A DNA stretch of 64,000 nt from contig CAZTDU010000005.1 of NCBI GenBank assembly GCA_964612335.1, positions 20,729-84,728 on the forward strand, given 5' to 3'. Source of the stretch: an uncultured Enterobacteriaceae bacterium. GTDB lineage: Bacteria > Pseudomonadota > Gammaproteobacteria > Burkholderiales > SG8-39. Below, piece after piece: positions 9,473 through 18,931 of the stretch (position 1 is the first letter of the stretch; every line of letters begins with the position of its first letter). A program made the translations under genes and the position numbers. The notes below the pieces were generated by a model. It was not told the origin of the DNA. It saw nothing but the letters and a program-made list of their open reading frames with translations, and ran no database searches.

Positions 9473-10419
9473 CAGGCGGCGCGGTCCAGGTTGTGCGTGC
9501 TGCCGACGACGTAGACCGGCTTGCCCTGCGCCTCGTACCAGGTGCGCATGATCAGCTCGGCGAGCAGGCCCATCAGGATGCTGGTGGCGCCGGCGAGGAA
9601 GGTCACCGCGGCCAGCAGCGGCAGCGGCGTCTGGATCAGCGCCACGCCGCTGGCCAGCTTCAGGTAGAGCGCGTACGCGCCGGCCGCGAACGACGCGCCG
9701 ATCGCGGCGATGCCGAAGCCGCCGAACACGTAGATCGGCTTGTTGGCGTAGCCGGCGAGGAACTTGATCACGATCAGGTCGAGCACCACTTTCAGCACGC
9801 GCTCGAAGCCGTACTTGGACGCGCCGAAGCGGCGCGGGCTGTGGTTCACCGGCAGTTCGGTGACGCGCGCGCCCTGCCAGTGCGCATACACCGGGATGAA
9901 GCGGTGCATCTCGCCGTACAGCCGCACGCCCTTCAGCGCGTCGCGCCGGTAGGCCTTCAGCGTGCAGCCGTAGTCGTGCAGGTGCACGCCGGAGATCCAC
10001 GAGACCAGCCGGTTGGCGATGCGGCTGGCGAAGTTGCGCTGAGCGCCGTCGCGGCGGTCCCTGCGCCAGCCCGAGACCACGTCGAAGCCCTCGTCGAGCT
10101 TCGCCAGCAGCCCCGGGATGTCCTCCGGCTCGTTCTGCAGGTCGCCGTCCATCGGCACGATCACGTCGCCCGCGGCGAAGTCGAAGCCGGCCATCAGCGC
10201 CGCGGTCTGGCCGAAGTTGCGCCGGAAGTTGATCACCCTGACGCAGGGGTCGGCGGCGGCGATCTGCGCGAGCTCCTCGTCGCTGCCGTCCTGGCTGCCG
10301 TCGTTGACGAAGATCGTCTCGTGCGGCCTGCCCAGCGACGCCAGCACGCGCGCGAGCCGCCCGTGCAGCGGCCGCAGGCTGTCGCGCTCGTTGTACACCG
10401 GGACGACGATCGACAGCAC
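9472..10419 (-). CDS. GT2 polyprenyl-phosphate glycosyltransferase (ArnC/GtrB/DPM1-like)
   Basis: LSIVVPVYNE, FVNDGSQDGS, PMDGDLQNEPEDI, and two C-terminal TM helices (IYVFGGFGIAAIG.., LLAAVTFLAGATSILMGLLA). Confidence 0.85.
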   Translation of the reverse strand: MLSIVVPVYNERDSLRPLHGRLARVLASLGRPHETIFVNDGSQDGSDEELAQIAAADPCVRVINFRRNFGQTAALMAGFDFAAGDVIVPMDGDLQNEPEDIPGLLAKLDEGFDVVSGWRRDRRDGAQRNFASRIANRLVSWISGVHLHDYGCTLKAYRRDALKGVRLYGEMHRFIPVYAHWQGARVTELPVNHSPRRFGASKYGFERVLKVVLDLIVIKFLAGYANKPIYVFGGFGIAAIGASFAAGAYALYLKLASGVALIQTPLPLLAAVTFLAGATSILMGLLAELIMRTWYEAQGKPVYVVGSTHNLDRAA

Positions 10420-10423
10420 GCCG

Positions 10424-12079
10424 CTAGCCGCCCAGCGCCGCGCGCTTGCGCTTGAACAGGTCCTTCAGCCGGTGCTCGAGCACCGTCGTCGCCGAGGACG
10501 AGGAAAAGAACACGTTGCGCAGCGTGCGCAGGATGCGCGACGGGTGCACCAGGTAGCCGACCGCGTAGTTCGCGAGCATGAAGCCGATGCGGTACAGCGC
10601 CAGCTCGCGCGGCCCCATGGCGTCGTTGCAGGTCAGCGGGTTGAGCGAGGTGTAGTCGCTGTTCAGCGACGTGAGCGACAGGAAGTACGCGTCGTCGAGC
10701 TTCACCTTGCCGGCGTCGTACAGCCGGGCGAAGATCTCGGTGCCCGGGTACGGCGAGAAGATGTTGATCGACACCTCGTCGGCGCCCTTCCAGGCCAGGT
10801 ACAGGCCGTAGCGGATGGTCTCGAACACGTTGCGGCGGGTCTCGTCGGGAAAGCCGATGATCAGGTTGGTGCGCACGACGATGCCCTGGCGCTTGGCCTC
10901 GATCACCGACTCGGTGAGCCGGTCCAGGTCGATGCGCTTGCGGATCTTCTGCAGCGTCTCGGGCGACCCGCTCTCGGGCGCGTAGACCAGGTAGTTGCAG
11001 CCGGTGGCCTTCAGCAGGCCGAGCACCTCGGCGTCCAGCGCCTCGCTGCGCGTGCCCGAGGGCAGCGACCAGTTCAGGCGAATTCCCTCGGCGAGCAGCC
11101 GCTTGCAGAACTCCACCGTCCACGCCTTCTTGGTGATCGCGGTCAAGTCATAGAACTGCAGCGAGGTGATGTCGTAGCGCGCCTGGTACGCCTTGATCTC
11201 GGCGAGCAGGTCGTCCACGCCGCGCAGCACGTAGCGCGTGGTCCACATCTGCGGGCTCGAGCAGAACGTGCACTGGTACGGGCAACCGCGCGAGGCCATG
11301 ATCGGCATGTCGCGCGCGCTCTGCACGCCGTAGGACTTGCCCGCCTGCCAGAAGGCCTCCAGGTAGCCCTCCGGCCAGCGCGGCCAGGGGATCGCGTCGA
11401 CGTCGCGCAGGCGCGGCAGGCCGCCGACCTCGACGTACGCGCCGGCGTCGTCCAGGTAGGCCACGCCATTGACGCGCGAGAAGTCGCCGCCCTCGCGGAA
11501 GGTCTCGAGGACCTCGAGGAAGGTGTGCTCGCCCTCGCCGCGCGCGCACAGGTCGATCTCCGGGCAGTCGCGCAGCGTGAACTCGGTAAGCCCGGTGACG
11601 TGCTCGCCGCCGGCGACGAAGAGCGCGTGCGGGAAGCGCGCGCGCACCGCGCGCACCAGGTCGCGCACCACCGGCCACTCGCCGGAGAACATCGCCGAGA
11701 ACCCGATCACCTCGGCGTCCGCGGGGATGCGCGCGAGGATCTCGTCGAAGGTCAGCCCCTGGCACTGGTAGCCCGGCCGGCTGGCAATCGGCCAGACGCG
11801 GTTCAGCGCCTCGGCGATCGCATCCACCACGGTGCAGCGGTAGCCGTGGCGCTCGACGTAGGCCGACAGGTAGGCGTAGGCGAGCCCCGGGGTCGCCTCG
11901 TTGTTGAAGGCCTTCAGCGTCGACACGATCGGCGCGCGCACCAGCGCCACCGCCGGCAGGCGCGCGGCGTCCGCGTGCCTGCGCGCGACGCGCTTTCCGG
12001 GCAGCGCCGCGCGCTCCATCGCGCGCCGATGCGCGTCGATCGGCCGCTGCCGCCGCGCCAACGTGACCGGCGCGCTCAT
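10424..12079 (-). CDS. B12-binding-domain (class B) radical SAM enzyme
   Basis: An N-terminal cobalamin-binding-type domain (VIGFSAMFSGEW..FVAGGEH), then the radical SAM cluster motif SRGCPYQCTFCSS. The start is taken at MSAPVTL (ATG 12079), which overlaps the stop of the upstream small membrane gene. Confidence 0.85.
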   Translation of the reverse strand: MSAPVTLARRQRPIDAHRRAMERAALPGKRVARRHADAARLPAVALVRAPIVSTLKAFNNEATPGLAYAYLSAYVERHGYRCTVVDAIAEALNRVWPIASRPGYQCQGLTFDEILARIPADAEVIGFSAMFSGEWPVVRDLVRAVRARFPHALFVAGGEHVTGLTEFTLRDCPEIDLCARGEGEHTFLEVLETFREGGDFSRVNGVAYLDDAGAYVEVGGLPRLRDVDAIPWPRWPEGYLEAFWQAGKSYGVQSARDMPIMASRGCPYQCTFCSSPQMWTTRYVLRGVDDLLAEIKAYQARYDITSLQFYDLTAITKKAWTVEFCKRLLAEGIRLNWSLPSGTRSEALDAEVLGLLKATGCNYLVYAPESGSPETLQKIRKRIDLDRLTESVIEAKRQGIVVRTNLIIGFPDETRRNVFETIRYGLYLAWKGADEVSINIFSPYPGTEIFARLYDAGKVKLDDAYFLSLTSLNSDYTSLNPLTCNDAMGPRELALYRIGFMLANYAVGYLVHPSRILRTLRNVFFSSSSATTVLEHRLKDLFKRKRAALGG

Positions 12080-12426
12080 GCCGGCCGGTAGTTCCAGCCG
12101 GTGACGAGGATGCCCACGGCGATGAGCGCGATGCCGAGCCACTGCATCGGGTTGATCTGCTCGGACAGGATCAGCCAGGACGCGAGGATCACGCCGATGA
12201 ACTGCGCGGCGACGATCGCCTGCGCGAGGTGCAGCGGGATCCACTTCAGCACCCACGCGTACGTCAGCCCCGCGACGGCGTAGAAGCACAGCCCGGCGAC
12301 GCTCATCCATCCGAGCAGGCGGAAAAAGAGCTTGTGCGAATCGGGCACCGCGGCGCCCAGCTTCAGCAGCACGTTCGCGCACACCGTGCACGCCACGATC
12401 GCGCCCATCGCCAGCAGCAGCTTCAT
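12076..12426 (-). CDS. Small 4-TM EamA/SMR-like membrane protein (ArnE/ArnF-like candidate lipid-linked sugar flippase subunit)
   Basis: 116 aa with four hydrophobic helices. The C-terminal part (QFIGVILASWLILSEQINPMQWLGIALIAVGILV) resembles ArnE/F-type proteins. Sits between the GT-C-like and radical SAM genes. Confidence 0.6.
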   Translation of the reverse strand: MKLLLAMGAIVACTVCANVLLKLGAAVPDSHKLFFRLLGWMSVAGLCFYAVAGLTYAWVLKWIPLHLAQAIVAAQFIGVILASWLILSEQINPMQWLGIALIAVGILVTGWNYRPA

Positions 12427-14027
12427 GGCCCGATCTTACCTTCGTTCCCTGCGAACAGATACGCGAGCTGGGGCATCCAGCGCAGCACCAGCGCGCCGAT
12501 CCAGGGCGCGTCGACGAGCTGGATCCAGTGCCGCGGCGGCGGGCGCGCGCGCGCCGCGATCGCCGCCAGCTCGTCGCGCGCGACCACCCTCAGCGCGTCC
12601 TCCTCGACGAAGTACACGCTCGCGCGCTCGCCGACCCGGTACACGTGGCCGTGCTTGGTGTCGAGCAGGCCCCCGGGCGTGTCGCGAAAGCGCGCCGACA
12701 GCGGCACCACGGCGTAGTCCTTGTGCTCTCCCAGCGCGAGCCTGAACACCGCGTCCGCCATCCAGGTCTCGGTGAACAGCGCGACGTGCGCGAGCCGGCC
12801 GAGCCGGCTGTAGTCCCGGCCGACGACGAACAGCGTGCCCTCGATGGCGTTGCCGCGGCCCAGCCCCGGGTGCGCGCGGATCGCGTCCATGGTGCGGTCC
12901 TGCACGCCGCGCCAGGCGCGCCAGTGGTCCGCCGCGCCGACGGTGGCGAGCACCAGCAGCGCGGTCGCCGCGGCGTAGGCGGCGCGCGGCAGGGGCAGCG
13001 CCGCGATGGCGAGCGCGACCGGGAAGCTCGCGTAGATGGTCACGCGGTTGCCCAGCCCGAACGGCGACTGCGGGTAGCCGCCGGTCAGCGCGAACATGCC
13101 GAAGCCGCCCAGCGCCACCGCCGCCGCGCCCAGCCACAGCGCGCGCGGCAGGCGCACCGCGACCGGGTCGGGGCGCACCCGCATCGCCAGCAGCCAGATC
13201 GCCGCGGCGACGATCGCCGACACCAGCGTGACGCTCCCCACGGACCACCACAGCTTGAGAGCGAACGACGGGCCGAGCACGGAATCGACGCCGCCCGCCA
13301 CCTGCAGCGCGAACTGCTTCGCCAGCGCAATGACATCGAGGCTGCCTGGCAGGCGCTTGCTGCCGATGCCGTGCAGCACGGTCAGCACCACGTAGTAGGC
13401 CACGTAGGCGAGCTGCGGCAGCGCGAGCGCGGCGGCTTCGCGGAACTTGCGCTGCACGAGGAACACCAGCGCCAGCCCGAAGCCCCAGGGCGGCGAGCCG
13501 TAGGACACGAACGCGGCGAGCGTGCCCATCGCCACCGCGGCCGCGAGCCGCCCGCGCGCGGCGAGCCAGTACGCGAAAAGGAAGAACGACGAGGTGAGCA
13601 TCAGGTACTGGTTCGAGTACCAGAACACCGTGCTTTCGTGCGCCGGGTAGAGCAGGAACAGCGCCGAGAACAGCGCCGCCCGCGCCGGCGTGAACCACAG
13701 CGTACCGAAGCGGTACGCCATCGCGTAGGCGAGCGCCACCCAGCCGATCTTCAGCAGGTCGTAGAGCCAGAATTTCTGGTAGCCGATCCACGCGTACGCA
13801 AGGCCGTGCGTGGCGATCAGCACCGGCGTCGCGGTCCAGGTCTCCACCGGCGGCACCGAGGTGCGCTGCACGATCTCTGGAAAGTCGTCGCAGCACACGC
13901 CGACGCCGAGGAGCGCGTAGACGATCAGCGCGAGGTAGGCGAAATGCGGCACGCGCGCACCATACACGACGGACACGACACTCGGGCAACGCAAGTGGCA
14001 GTACAGCTTCGCGGTGCCCGCGCGCAC
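12423..14027 (-). CDS. Polytopic membrane protein with C-terminal soluble domain; candidate GT-C-type (ArnT/PMT-like) glycosyltransferase
   Basis: About 380 aa of repeated TM helices, then a soluble domain of about 150 aa. Operonic with ArnC-like and ArnE/F-like genes. The fold assignment is inferred only, and the exact start is uncertain. Confidence 0.5.
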   Translation of the reverse strand: MRAGTAKLYCHLRCPSVVSVVYGARVPHFAYLALIVYALLGVGVCCDDFPEIVQRTSVPPVETWTATPVLIATHGLAYAWIGYQKFWLYDLLKIGWVALAYAMAYRFGTLWFTPARAALFSALFLLYPAHESTVFWYSNQYLMLTSSFFLFAYWLAARGRLAAAVAMGTLAAFVSYGSPPWGFGLALVFLVQRKFREAAALALPQLAYVAYYVVLTVLHGIGSKRLPGSLDVIALAKQFALQVAGGVDSVLGPSFALKLWWSVGSVTLVSAIVAAAIWLLAMRVRPDPVAVRLPRALWLGAAAVALGGFGMFALTGGYPQSPFGLGNRVTIYASFPVALAIAALPLPRAAYAAATALLVLATVGAADHWRAWRGVQDRTMDAIRAHPGLGRGNAIEGTLFVVGRDYSRLGRLAHVALFTETWMADAVFRLALGEHKDYAVVPLSARFRDTPGGLLDTKHGHVYRVGERASVYFVEEDALRVVARDELAAIAARARPPPRHWIQLVDAPWIGALVLRWMPQLAYLFAGNEGKIGP

Positions 14028-14042
14028 GCGGTCAGCGCACGC

Positions 14043-14981
14043 TCAATGCGACCGAGGCAGGGCTGCCCTGATCCGGTCCCAGAGTCTGTTGCTGCGCTTC
14101 CAGGGTAGGAGACCATACCGAGTGCCGTCGCCGACCCAATCGATCTTCGTCGGCCCAGCGGCCCTGCATGCCTCGATGGAAATCAGCGGGCTCTTGCGGG
14201 CCGTGCACAGCTCGGTGGTGGCCGGGTTGTTCGCCAGGAAACGGATCTCTATCGAATAGCGTGGCTTGGTATGCGAGTCCCGCACGAACGTGCGGTGCAG
14301 ATTGAATCGGGTAAAGATCAGCGCGTCTCCCCGGAAAACGCGCGGAGCCCAGAGCGTACTCCCGGATTGCAGGAGCTTGTCGATGCCCAGATTCTCCGCT
14401 TGGGCATGCTTGAAAAGCTCGCTCACAGGGTTGGGCTCGAGTTGCAGCGTTCGGTCGACGAATCCGGCGACGAACTCCACGTTGGGCGCGCTGGCGCCAC
14501 ACTCCTCAGGATCCAGGAGCAGCCATACACTCACCATGTCGAATTCCGGACCTTCCGGCAAGCCGAAACCGTCCTGATGGAATGGGATGGCGATGTCCAC
14601 GCGTTCCCTAGTCACCTTCCTGACGCTGCTGATCGGGATCAGGCAATACACACGGGTCGATCGAAGGTAGCCGGTAACAATGTCCCAGATCGCGGATCGG
14701 CGAATGGCTTCGACCAGCGGAAACGCCAGGTCGTCCTCCTTCTCTTCCAGCATGGATATGTTTGCCATCTGCTGTACGGCACTGAACGGGACGCCGGCCG
14801 GGACCTCTCCCTGATCCCTGAATCGCGCATGCTCCTCAAAGACTGCGCGCGCCCGATTGCCGTAAGCGGCGAGCTGGTCCGCCGGGATCGCGCCGCGCAG
14901 GAGCATGCATTGGTCGGTCCGCAGGGCCTTGATCGCCGGCCGTGCGCTACGCAGCGACGACGCTTCCACATCTAGGGGCAT
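14043..14981 (-). CDS. PhyH-like Fe(II)/2-oxoglutarate-dependent oxygenase
   Basis: HxD in IPFHQDGFG, a distal His in RFNLHRTF, and an Arg-x-Ser in PRYSIEIRF. 312 aa in a region of lower GC. Confidence 0.55.
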   Translation of the reverse strand: MPLDVEASSLRSARPAIKALRTDQCMLLRGAIPADQLAAYGNRARAVFEEHARFRDQGEVPAGVPFSAVQQMANISMLEEKEDDLAFPLVEAIRRSAIWDIVTGYLRSTRVYCLIPISSVRKVTRERVDIAIPFHQDGFGLPEGPEFDMVSVWLLLDPEECGASAPNVEFVAGFVDRTLQLEPNPVSELFKHAQAENLGIDKLLQSGSTLWAPRVFRGDALIFTRFNLHRTFVRDSHTKPRYSIEIRFLANNPATTELCTARKSPLISIEACRAAGPTKIDWVGDGTRYGLLPWKRSNRLWDRIRAALPRSH

Positions 14982-15171
14982 GGTCCAGTCGGACTGTACC
15001 GGATTTTCCGCGCGGCGCGCGACCCTCGTCGCCGGCTGATTTGCGGGCTATCGCACCGGCCAAAGAGGAGCGAGCAAGCCTTGCCTGGAGCAAGCGCCCA
15101 GCCCAGCATGCGGATCGGAGAACCAAGACGCGCCACGCCAATGACGGTACGATATGCGAAGGGGGTACAGA
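14982..15171. promoter_or_regulatory. Divergent intergenic region (promoters inferred)
   Basis: A 190-bp non-coding gap between minus-strand 14043..14981 and plus-strand 15172... A Shine-Dalgarno-like GAAGGGGG lies at 15158-15165, ahead of ATG 15172. No clear -35/-10 pair was identified. Confidence 0.3.
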
Positions 15172-16791
15172 ATGAAAGCTCGCCTTCAACGTTTTGCGCG
15201 TCGTGCCGCCGGGTTCGCCGCGCGGAAGCTGAATGCACTGGCCCACGGTCAGCGCCAGACCGGCGCCACGGGGAGGACGCATGTCGATGGAATCGACCAC
15301 GGCGACCCGATCAACAACACGCTGGAGCAGGAGTCGTCACGGCAGCGTCGGGCACGTTCGGGGGGCGATCCCGAAGCGGCGCTCCACCTCGCGAACGCTC
15401 TTGCCGCGCGGCAAGAGTATACGGCCGCGATCAAGGTCCTGGACGACGCCATCGGGCGCACGCCTGAACCCGACATCGCGCTCTTTCTGACCAAGGGGCA
15501 GATCGCGGCGCATACGGGAAATCACACCGACGCGCTTGCCTCCATCGAGGCTGCGCTCCGCATCGACCCACGCAATACCGTGGCGCTGCGAAGCATGCTG
15601 GTGCTGCTCGCGGGCGACTCACCGCGCCGCGACGAGATCCTTCGCGTGCTGTGCCAGGTCGAGCCCAGCAATCCGGAGAACTGGGAAGCTGTCGGCGCCC
15701 GCGCCTGGGAGCTGGATTCGCACGCCTCCGCGACGACCATTCAGGACAGCGGCAGCAACCGGCTCGCGCGCCTTGCCGACCGATTCGAGGCGGAGGAATC
15801 GGCGCTGGCCACGGAAATCGGTACCCTCGAACGCTCGCTGGAATCCCTGGAACGCGAGTCGGTTGCGTGGGCGCGGCAAGGGTCTGCGCAGAATCACATG
15901 CTCGGCCTGCTCGACAGCCACGATACCGTATGGCAGTACAGCCACGGTTCCTTTCATGTACGCAACATGAGCCTGTTCGCGAAGCTGCACGGCGTGCGGC
16001 AGCGCTATCGCGAGTCTCCAGCTTCGATACCCGCAGGAATGCTCGACGCGTTCACCATGTCCGGGAAGATGGCGCTCACCGAATGCGTACTGAACGGCGC
16101 GCACGAGCCGGAGTTCCGCGACATCCTGGACGACCAGGATCTGGAGATGAGTGCGCGCTTGTTGCCGGGCGCCTCCGCCGAGGGGAAAGTCGCCCTTACG
16201 AACCTAGAACTACGCGCGTACCACAGCCCCTTCGGCGCCACGGGCCAGTGTATTCACGAAGCGCTGTCCGGGCTGGATGCCCGCGGCAAGCGCGTTGGCG
16301 TGGTCGGCAGCAGCGGGTTTCATTTCGAGGCCTGGGCCCTGTCGCAGAGCCGGCAGGTCGACGCCATCCGCCTGCGGCCGATCGACAACCGAACCACGGC
16401 CGTGAAAACGTTCACGTACGACGAGGTCGCTGATCGCTCCGGACAGTATGACCTGCTTATCGCGCCAGGATTCGTTGACGAGCACGGCCTCGGCCTGCTG
16501 GGCGAAGCACTGAATCCGGACGGCGACCTTGCGGCCATGGCAATGCTGCGCCGCCTGCTGGCGGACGACGGGACGCTCGTGCTTGCAGTTCCCGTAGGGG
16601 TCGATCGGCTGGTCTTCAACGTGGCGCGGATCTACGGTCGGCACCGCCTGCCGTTACTGCTGTCAGGCTGGCATGTCCGTGGCCGGATCGGATATTCCGA
16701 GTCGCTGCTCGAAGACGCCGGCACGGTTCGTCCGGCGTTCGTCCTCGAGAAAGCTATCGACCAGCGCTTGACCACGCAGGAGACGCGATGA
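15172..16791 (+). CDS. TPR repeat + coiled-coil + divergent DUF268 (methyltransferase-fold) domain protein
   Basis: The start is preferred at MKARLQRF (SD upstream). TPR-like AALHLANALAARQEYTAAIKVLDDAI.. The C-terminus (LNPDGDLAAMAMLRRLLADDGTLVLAVPVGVDRLVFNVARIYGRHRLPLL) is paralogous to the next gene. Confidence 0.6.
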   Translation: MKARLQRFARRAAGFAARKLNALAHGQRQTGATGRTHVDGIDHGDPINNTLEQESSRQRRARSGGDPEAALHLANALAARQEYTAAIKVLDDAIGRTPEPDIALFLTKGQIAAHTGNHTDALASIEAALRIDPRNTVALRSMLVLLAGDSPRRDEILRVLCQVEPSNPENWEAVGARAWELDSHASATTIQDSGSNRLARLADRFEAEESALATEIGTLERSLESLERESVAWARQGSAQNHMLGLLDSHDTVWQYSHGSFHVRNMSLFAKLHGVRQRYRESPASIPAGMLDAFTMSGKMALTECVLNGAHEPEFRDILDDQDLEMSARLLPGASAEGKVALTNLELRAYHSPFGATGQCIHEALSGLDARGKRVGVVGSSGFHFEAWALSQSRQVDAIRLRPIDNRTTAVKTFTYDEVADRSGQYDLLIAPGFVDEHGLGLLGEALNPDGDLAAMAMLRRLLADDGTLVLAVPVGVDRLVFNVARIYGRHRLPLLLSGWHVRGRIGYSESLLEDAGTVRPAFVLEKAIDQRLTTQETR

Positions 16792-17777
16792 CCATTGTCC
16801 AAGCCGAGTCGGTATCCCGAGGCCCCGAGTTCGACCCGTACCTGGGTGGCTTGGCGCGAACGGCCGTGCTACACGAACGCGCCGCCGCACTCAGGGTGCG
16901 ATACAAGGCGATGCTCGGCGTCCGGGACGAACTGCGCAGGCGCGCATTGGCGCAGGCCGAGCGGGTGGCGTCGTTGCGCGCCGCCGTCGGCGCGACAGCC
17001 GTCGAGGCTTCCAGGCTCTTCTGGAGGCACCACTCTTTGTGCAGGCATGCATTCGGCCCGCCGAATCGCTGCCCGGTACCGCCCAAAGAGTTTCCACCGG
17101 AGATGCTCGACGGATTCACCATGGGGGGCCGGGTGCCGATCGAGTATATCTACGGGAATTCGACGTATCCCGACAACTGGCCGCTCGTCTATACGGACTA
17201 CGAGATCGACAAGTACCTGCAGAGGATCGCCGCACGCAAGTACTTTGTCTACGGAATGACGGACGTATGGCTGTGGGAGGCGCTCGAGCGATTCCCGGTC
17301 AAGGGTCTGCACGTCGTCAACATGGGCTCGCTGACCCCCTGGTACGAAGCCAACTGCCTGCACCACGGCGCGCGGTCGACGACGATCGACTACAACCGCA
17401 TCATCACGCTGACCGACCGCATCAGCACCATGACCACGTCCGAGTGGGAGCAGGCCCGGCCGAAGTTCGACGTCGCGTGGTCGATTTCCTCCTTCGAGCA
17501 CGATGGACTGGGGATGTACGGCGATCCGCTCGACCCGGATGGCGATCTCAAGGCAATGAAAAGGATGAAGTCAGTCGTCAAGCCAGGCGGGCTCCTGTTC
17601 CTTTCCGTACCGGTCGGAAAGGACAAGGTTCTGTTCAACAACGCCAGGATCTATGGCCGCCTGCGGCTGCCGGTGCTGTGCAGCGAATGGGAGCAGTTGG
17701 CGACGTTCGGTCTCCAGGACGTGCACCTGGAAGGGCCGGGGCATATCCAGCCGATCATCGTGCTTCGCAATACCTAG
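16788..17777 (+). CDS. DUF268 family protein (SAM-methyltransferase-like fold)
   Basis: SISSFEHDGLGMYGDPLDPDGDLKAMKRMKSVVKPGGLLFLSVPVGKDKVLFNNARIYGRLRLP matches the DUF268 signature as I recall it. ATGA overlap with the preceding gene. Confidence 0.7.
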   Translation: MTIVQAESVSRGPEFDPYLGGLARTAVLHERAAALRVRYKAMLGVRDELRRRALAQAERVASLRAAVGATAVEASRLFWRHHSLCRHAFGPPNRCPVPPKEFPPEMLDGFTMGGRVPIEYIYGNSTYPDNWPLVYTDYEIDKYLQRIAARKYFVYGMTDVWLWEALERFPVKGLHVVNMGSLTPWYEANCLHHGARSTTIDYNRIITLTDRISTMTTSEWEQARPKFDVAWSISSFEHDGLGMYGDPLDPDGDLKAMKRMKSVVKPGGLLFLSVPVGKDKVLFNNARIYGRLRLPVLCSEWEQLATFGLQDVHLEGPGHIQPIIVLRNT

Positions 17778-17791
17778 CTGCGATAGGCAGA

Positions 17792-18931
17792 CTACCGTGA
17801 CCTACACGCCGCAAGCTCTTTGCGGACGTGCCTTGCAATAACCGCGCCGACGGTTGCGGCCCCTTTCTCGGAGAAATGAAAGTCGTCGTAGAAGTACGTT
17901 GCCTCGCGCGGCAAGGCAGCCGCGGCGTCTACGCACGTGAGCCCGTTTGCCTCGCAGACCGAAAGAAGCGCGGCGTTGTAGCTCGATAGGCCTTGTTCGA
18001 GCGCAGCCGTCGTGTACCACCGAGTCTCGGGCGAGTCCAGCTCATGGCCGATGAACCCGGCGTAGATCTGCGCGCGCGCCTCGTCCGACATCCGGTTCGA
18101 CCAGACGTACGGCTGCGTGACGAACACCATCGGCGCGCCGTACGCGTCGGCATAGGCCTTCAATGCCAGGATCGTTCGTCGATACCTGTCGAGGTGCGGC
18201 CCCATCTCCGGCAACTCGGCGACCCATCGATCCGGGCGGACTCTGGCGTAGGCATCCCGCAGGTGCTTCTGGTAGAGGCCAAAGTCCGAGGCTGCCGCGG
18301 CTTTGGTGCCGTCCGGGAAGTACCTTCCATACAGGCGCCTTCCGATCGCCAGCAGGGCAGACCGGCCCTCGTCGCCCGGCAGGGACATGAATGCCTGCTT
18401 CTTCCACCAGTCGTCGGGAATGTCGAAAGGGTGATGGATGCGAAAGTCGAACAGGAAGTCGTTCAACCCCAGCAGCACGATGAACATGTCGAACCGGGGC
18501 ATGTATTGCTCGATTTCCGGCAGTTGCAGCAGGTGGTGGCGCGCGTTGACGCCACCCTTACCCAGGTTGCCCACCCACACGCTGGGCGCGCAATCGCGCA
18601 GCCTGGCCGCCAGCTGCTGCGCCCAGGTTTCATCCTCCGACAGCACCCAGTCCTCGGCGGTGCTGCCTCCAAGTACGGCGATTCTCGGTGCCGCGCCCAA
18701 CGGTGGCATGGCACGGCGAATACCCAGGCGATTGACCGTCAGGACATGGTCACCCGAAACGTGGGGCAGCAGTCCGTTGGTCCTCACGGCGATGCCCCAC
18801 CCCGGAGTCCGGATGTAGGCCGCGCTCGGGTCGAACACGTACTGGCGCAGGAGCCATTCGAGGCCCGCAAGGCAAGCCGTGCTGACGACCAGCGCCAGCA
18901 GCGCGTTCGCGAGTACCGCCCGATACCTCAC
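17792..18931 (-). CDS. Membrane-anchored SGNH-hydrolase-like protein (subfamily B, GGST type)
   Basis: GTG start at 18931 (VRYRAVLANALLALVV, a TM anchor) overlapping the FkbM stop (GTGA). Blocks VLGGSTAED, NLGKGG, LLGLNDF, and DDFHFS (DxxH). Confidence 0.6.
   Translation of the reverse strand: MRYRAVLANALLALVVSTACLAGLEWLLRQYVFDPSAAYIRTPGWGIAVRTNGLLPHVSGDHVLTVNRLGIRRAMPPLGAAPRIAVLGGSTAEDWVLSEDETWAQQLAARLRDCAPSVWVGNLGKGGVNARHHLLQLPEIEQYMPRFDMFIVLLGLNDFLFDFRIHHPFDIPDDWWKKQAFMSLPGDEGRSALLAIGRRLYGRYFPDGTKAAAASDFGLYQKHLRDAYARVRPDRWVAELPEMGPHLDRYRRTILALKAYADAYGAPMVFVTQPYVWSNRMSDEARAQIYAGFIGHELDSPETRWYTTAALEQGLSSYNAALLSVCEANGLTCVDAAAALPREATYFYDDFHFSEKGAATVGAVIARHVRKELAACRSR

Noticed and set aside
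12423-14027. Calling the 534-aa polytopic protein an O-antigen ligase (WaaL) or Wzy polymerase
   Set aside because: No Wzy_C-type motif is recognisable by eye. The ArnC-like and ArnE/F-like neighbours fit a GT-C-type transferase better. I have left it as a low-confidence candidate rather than naming it.
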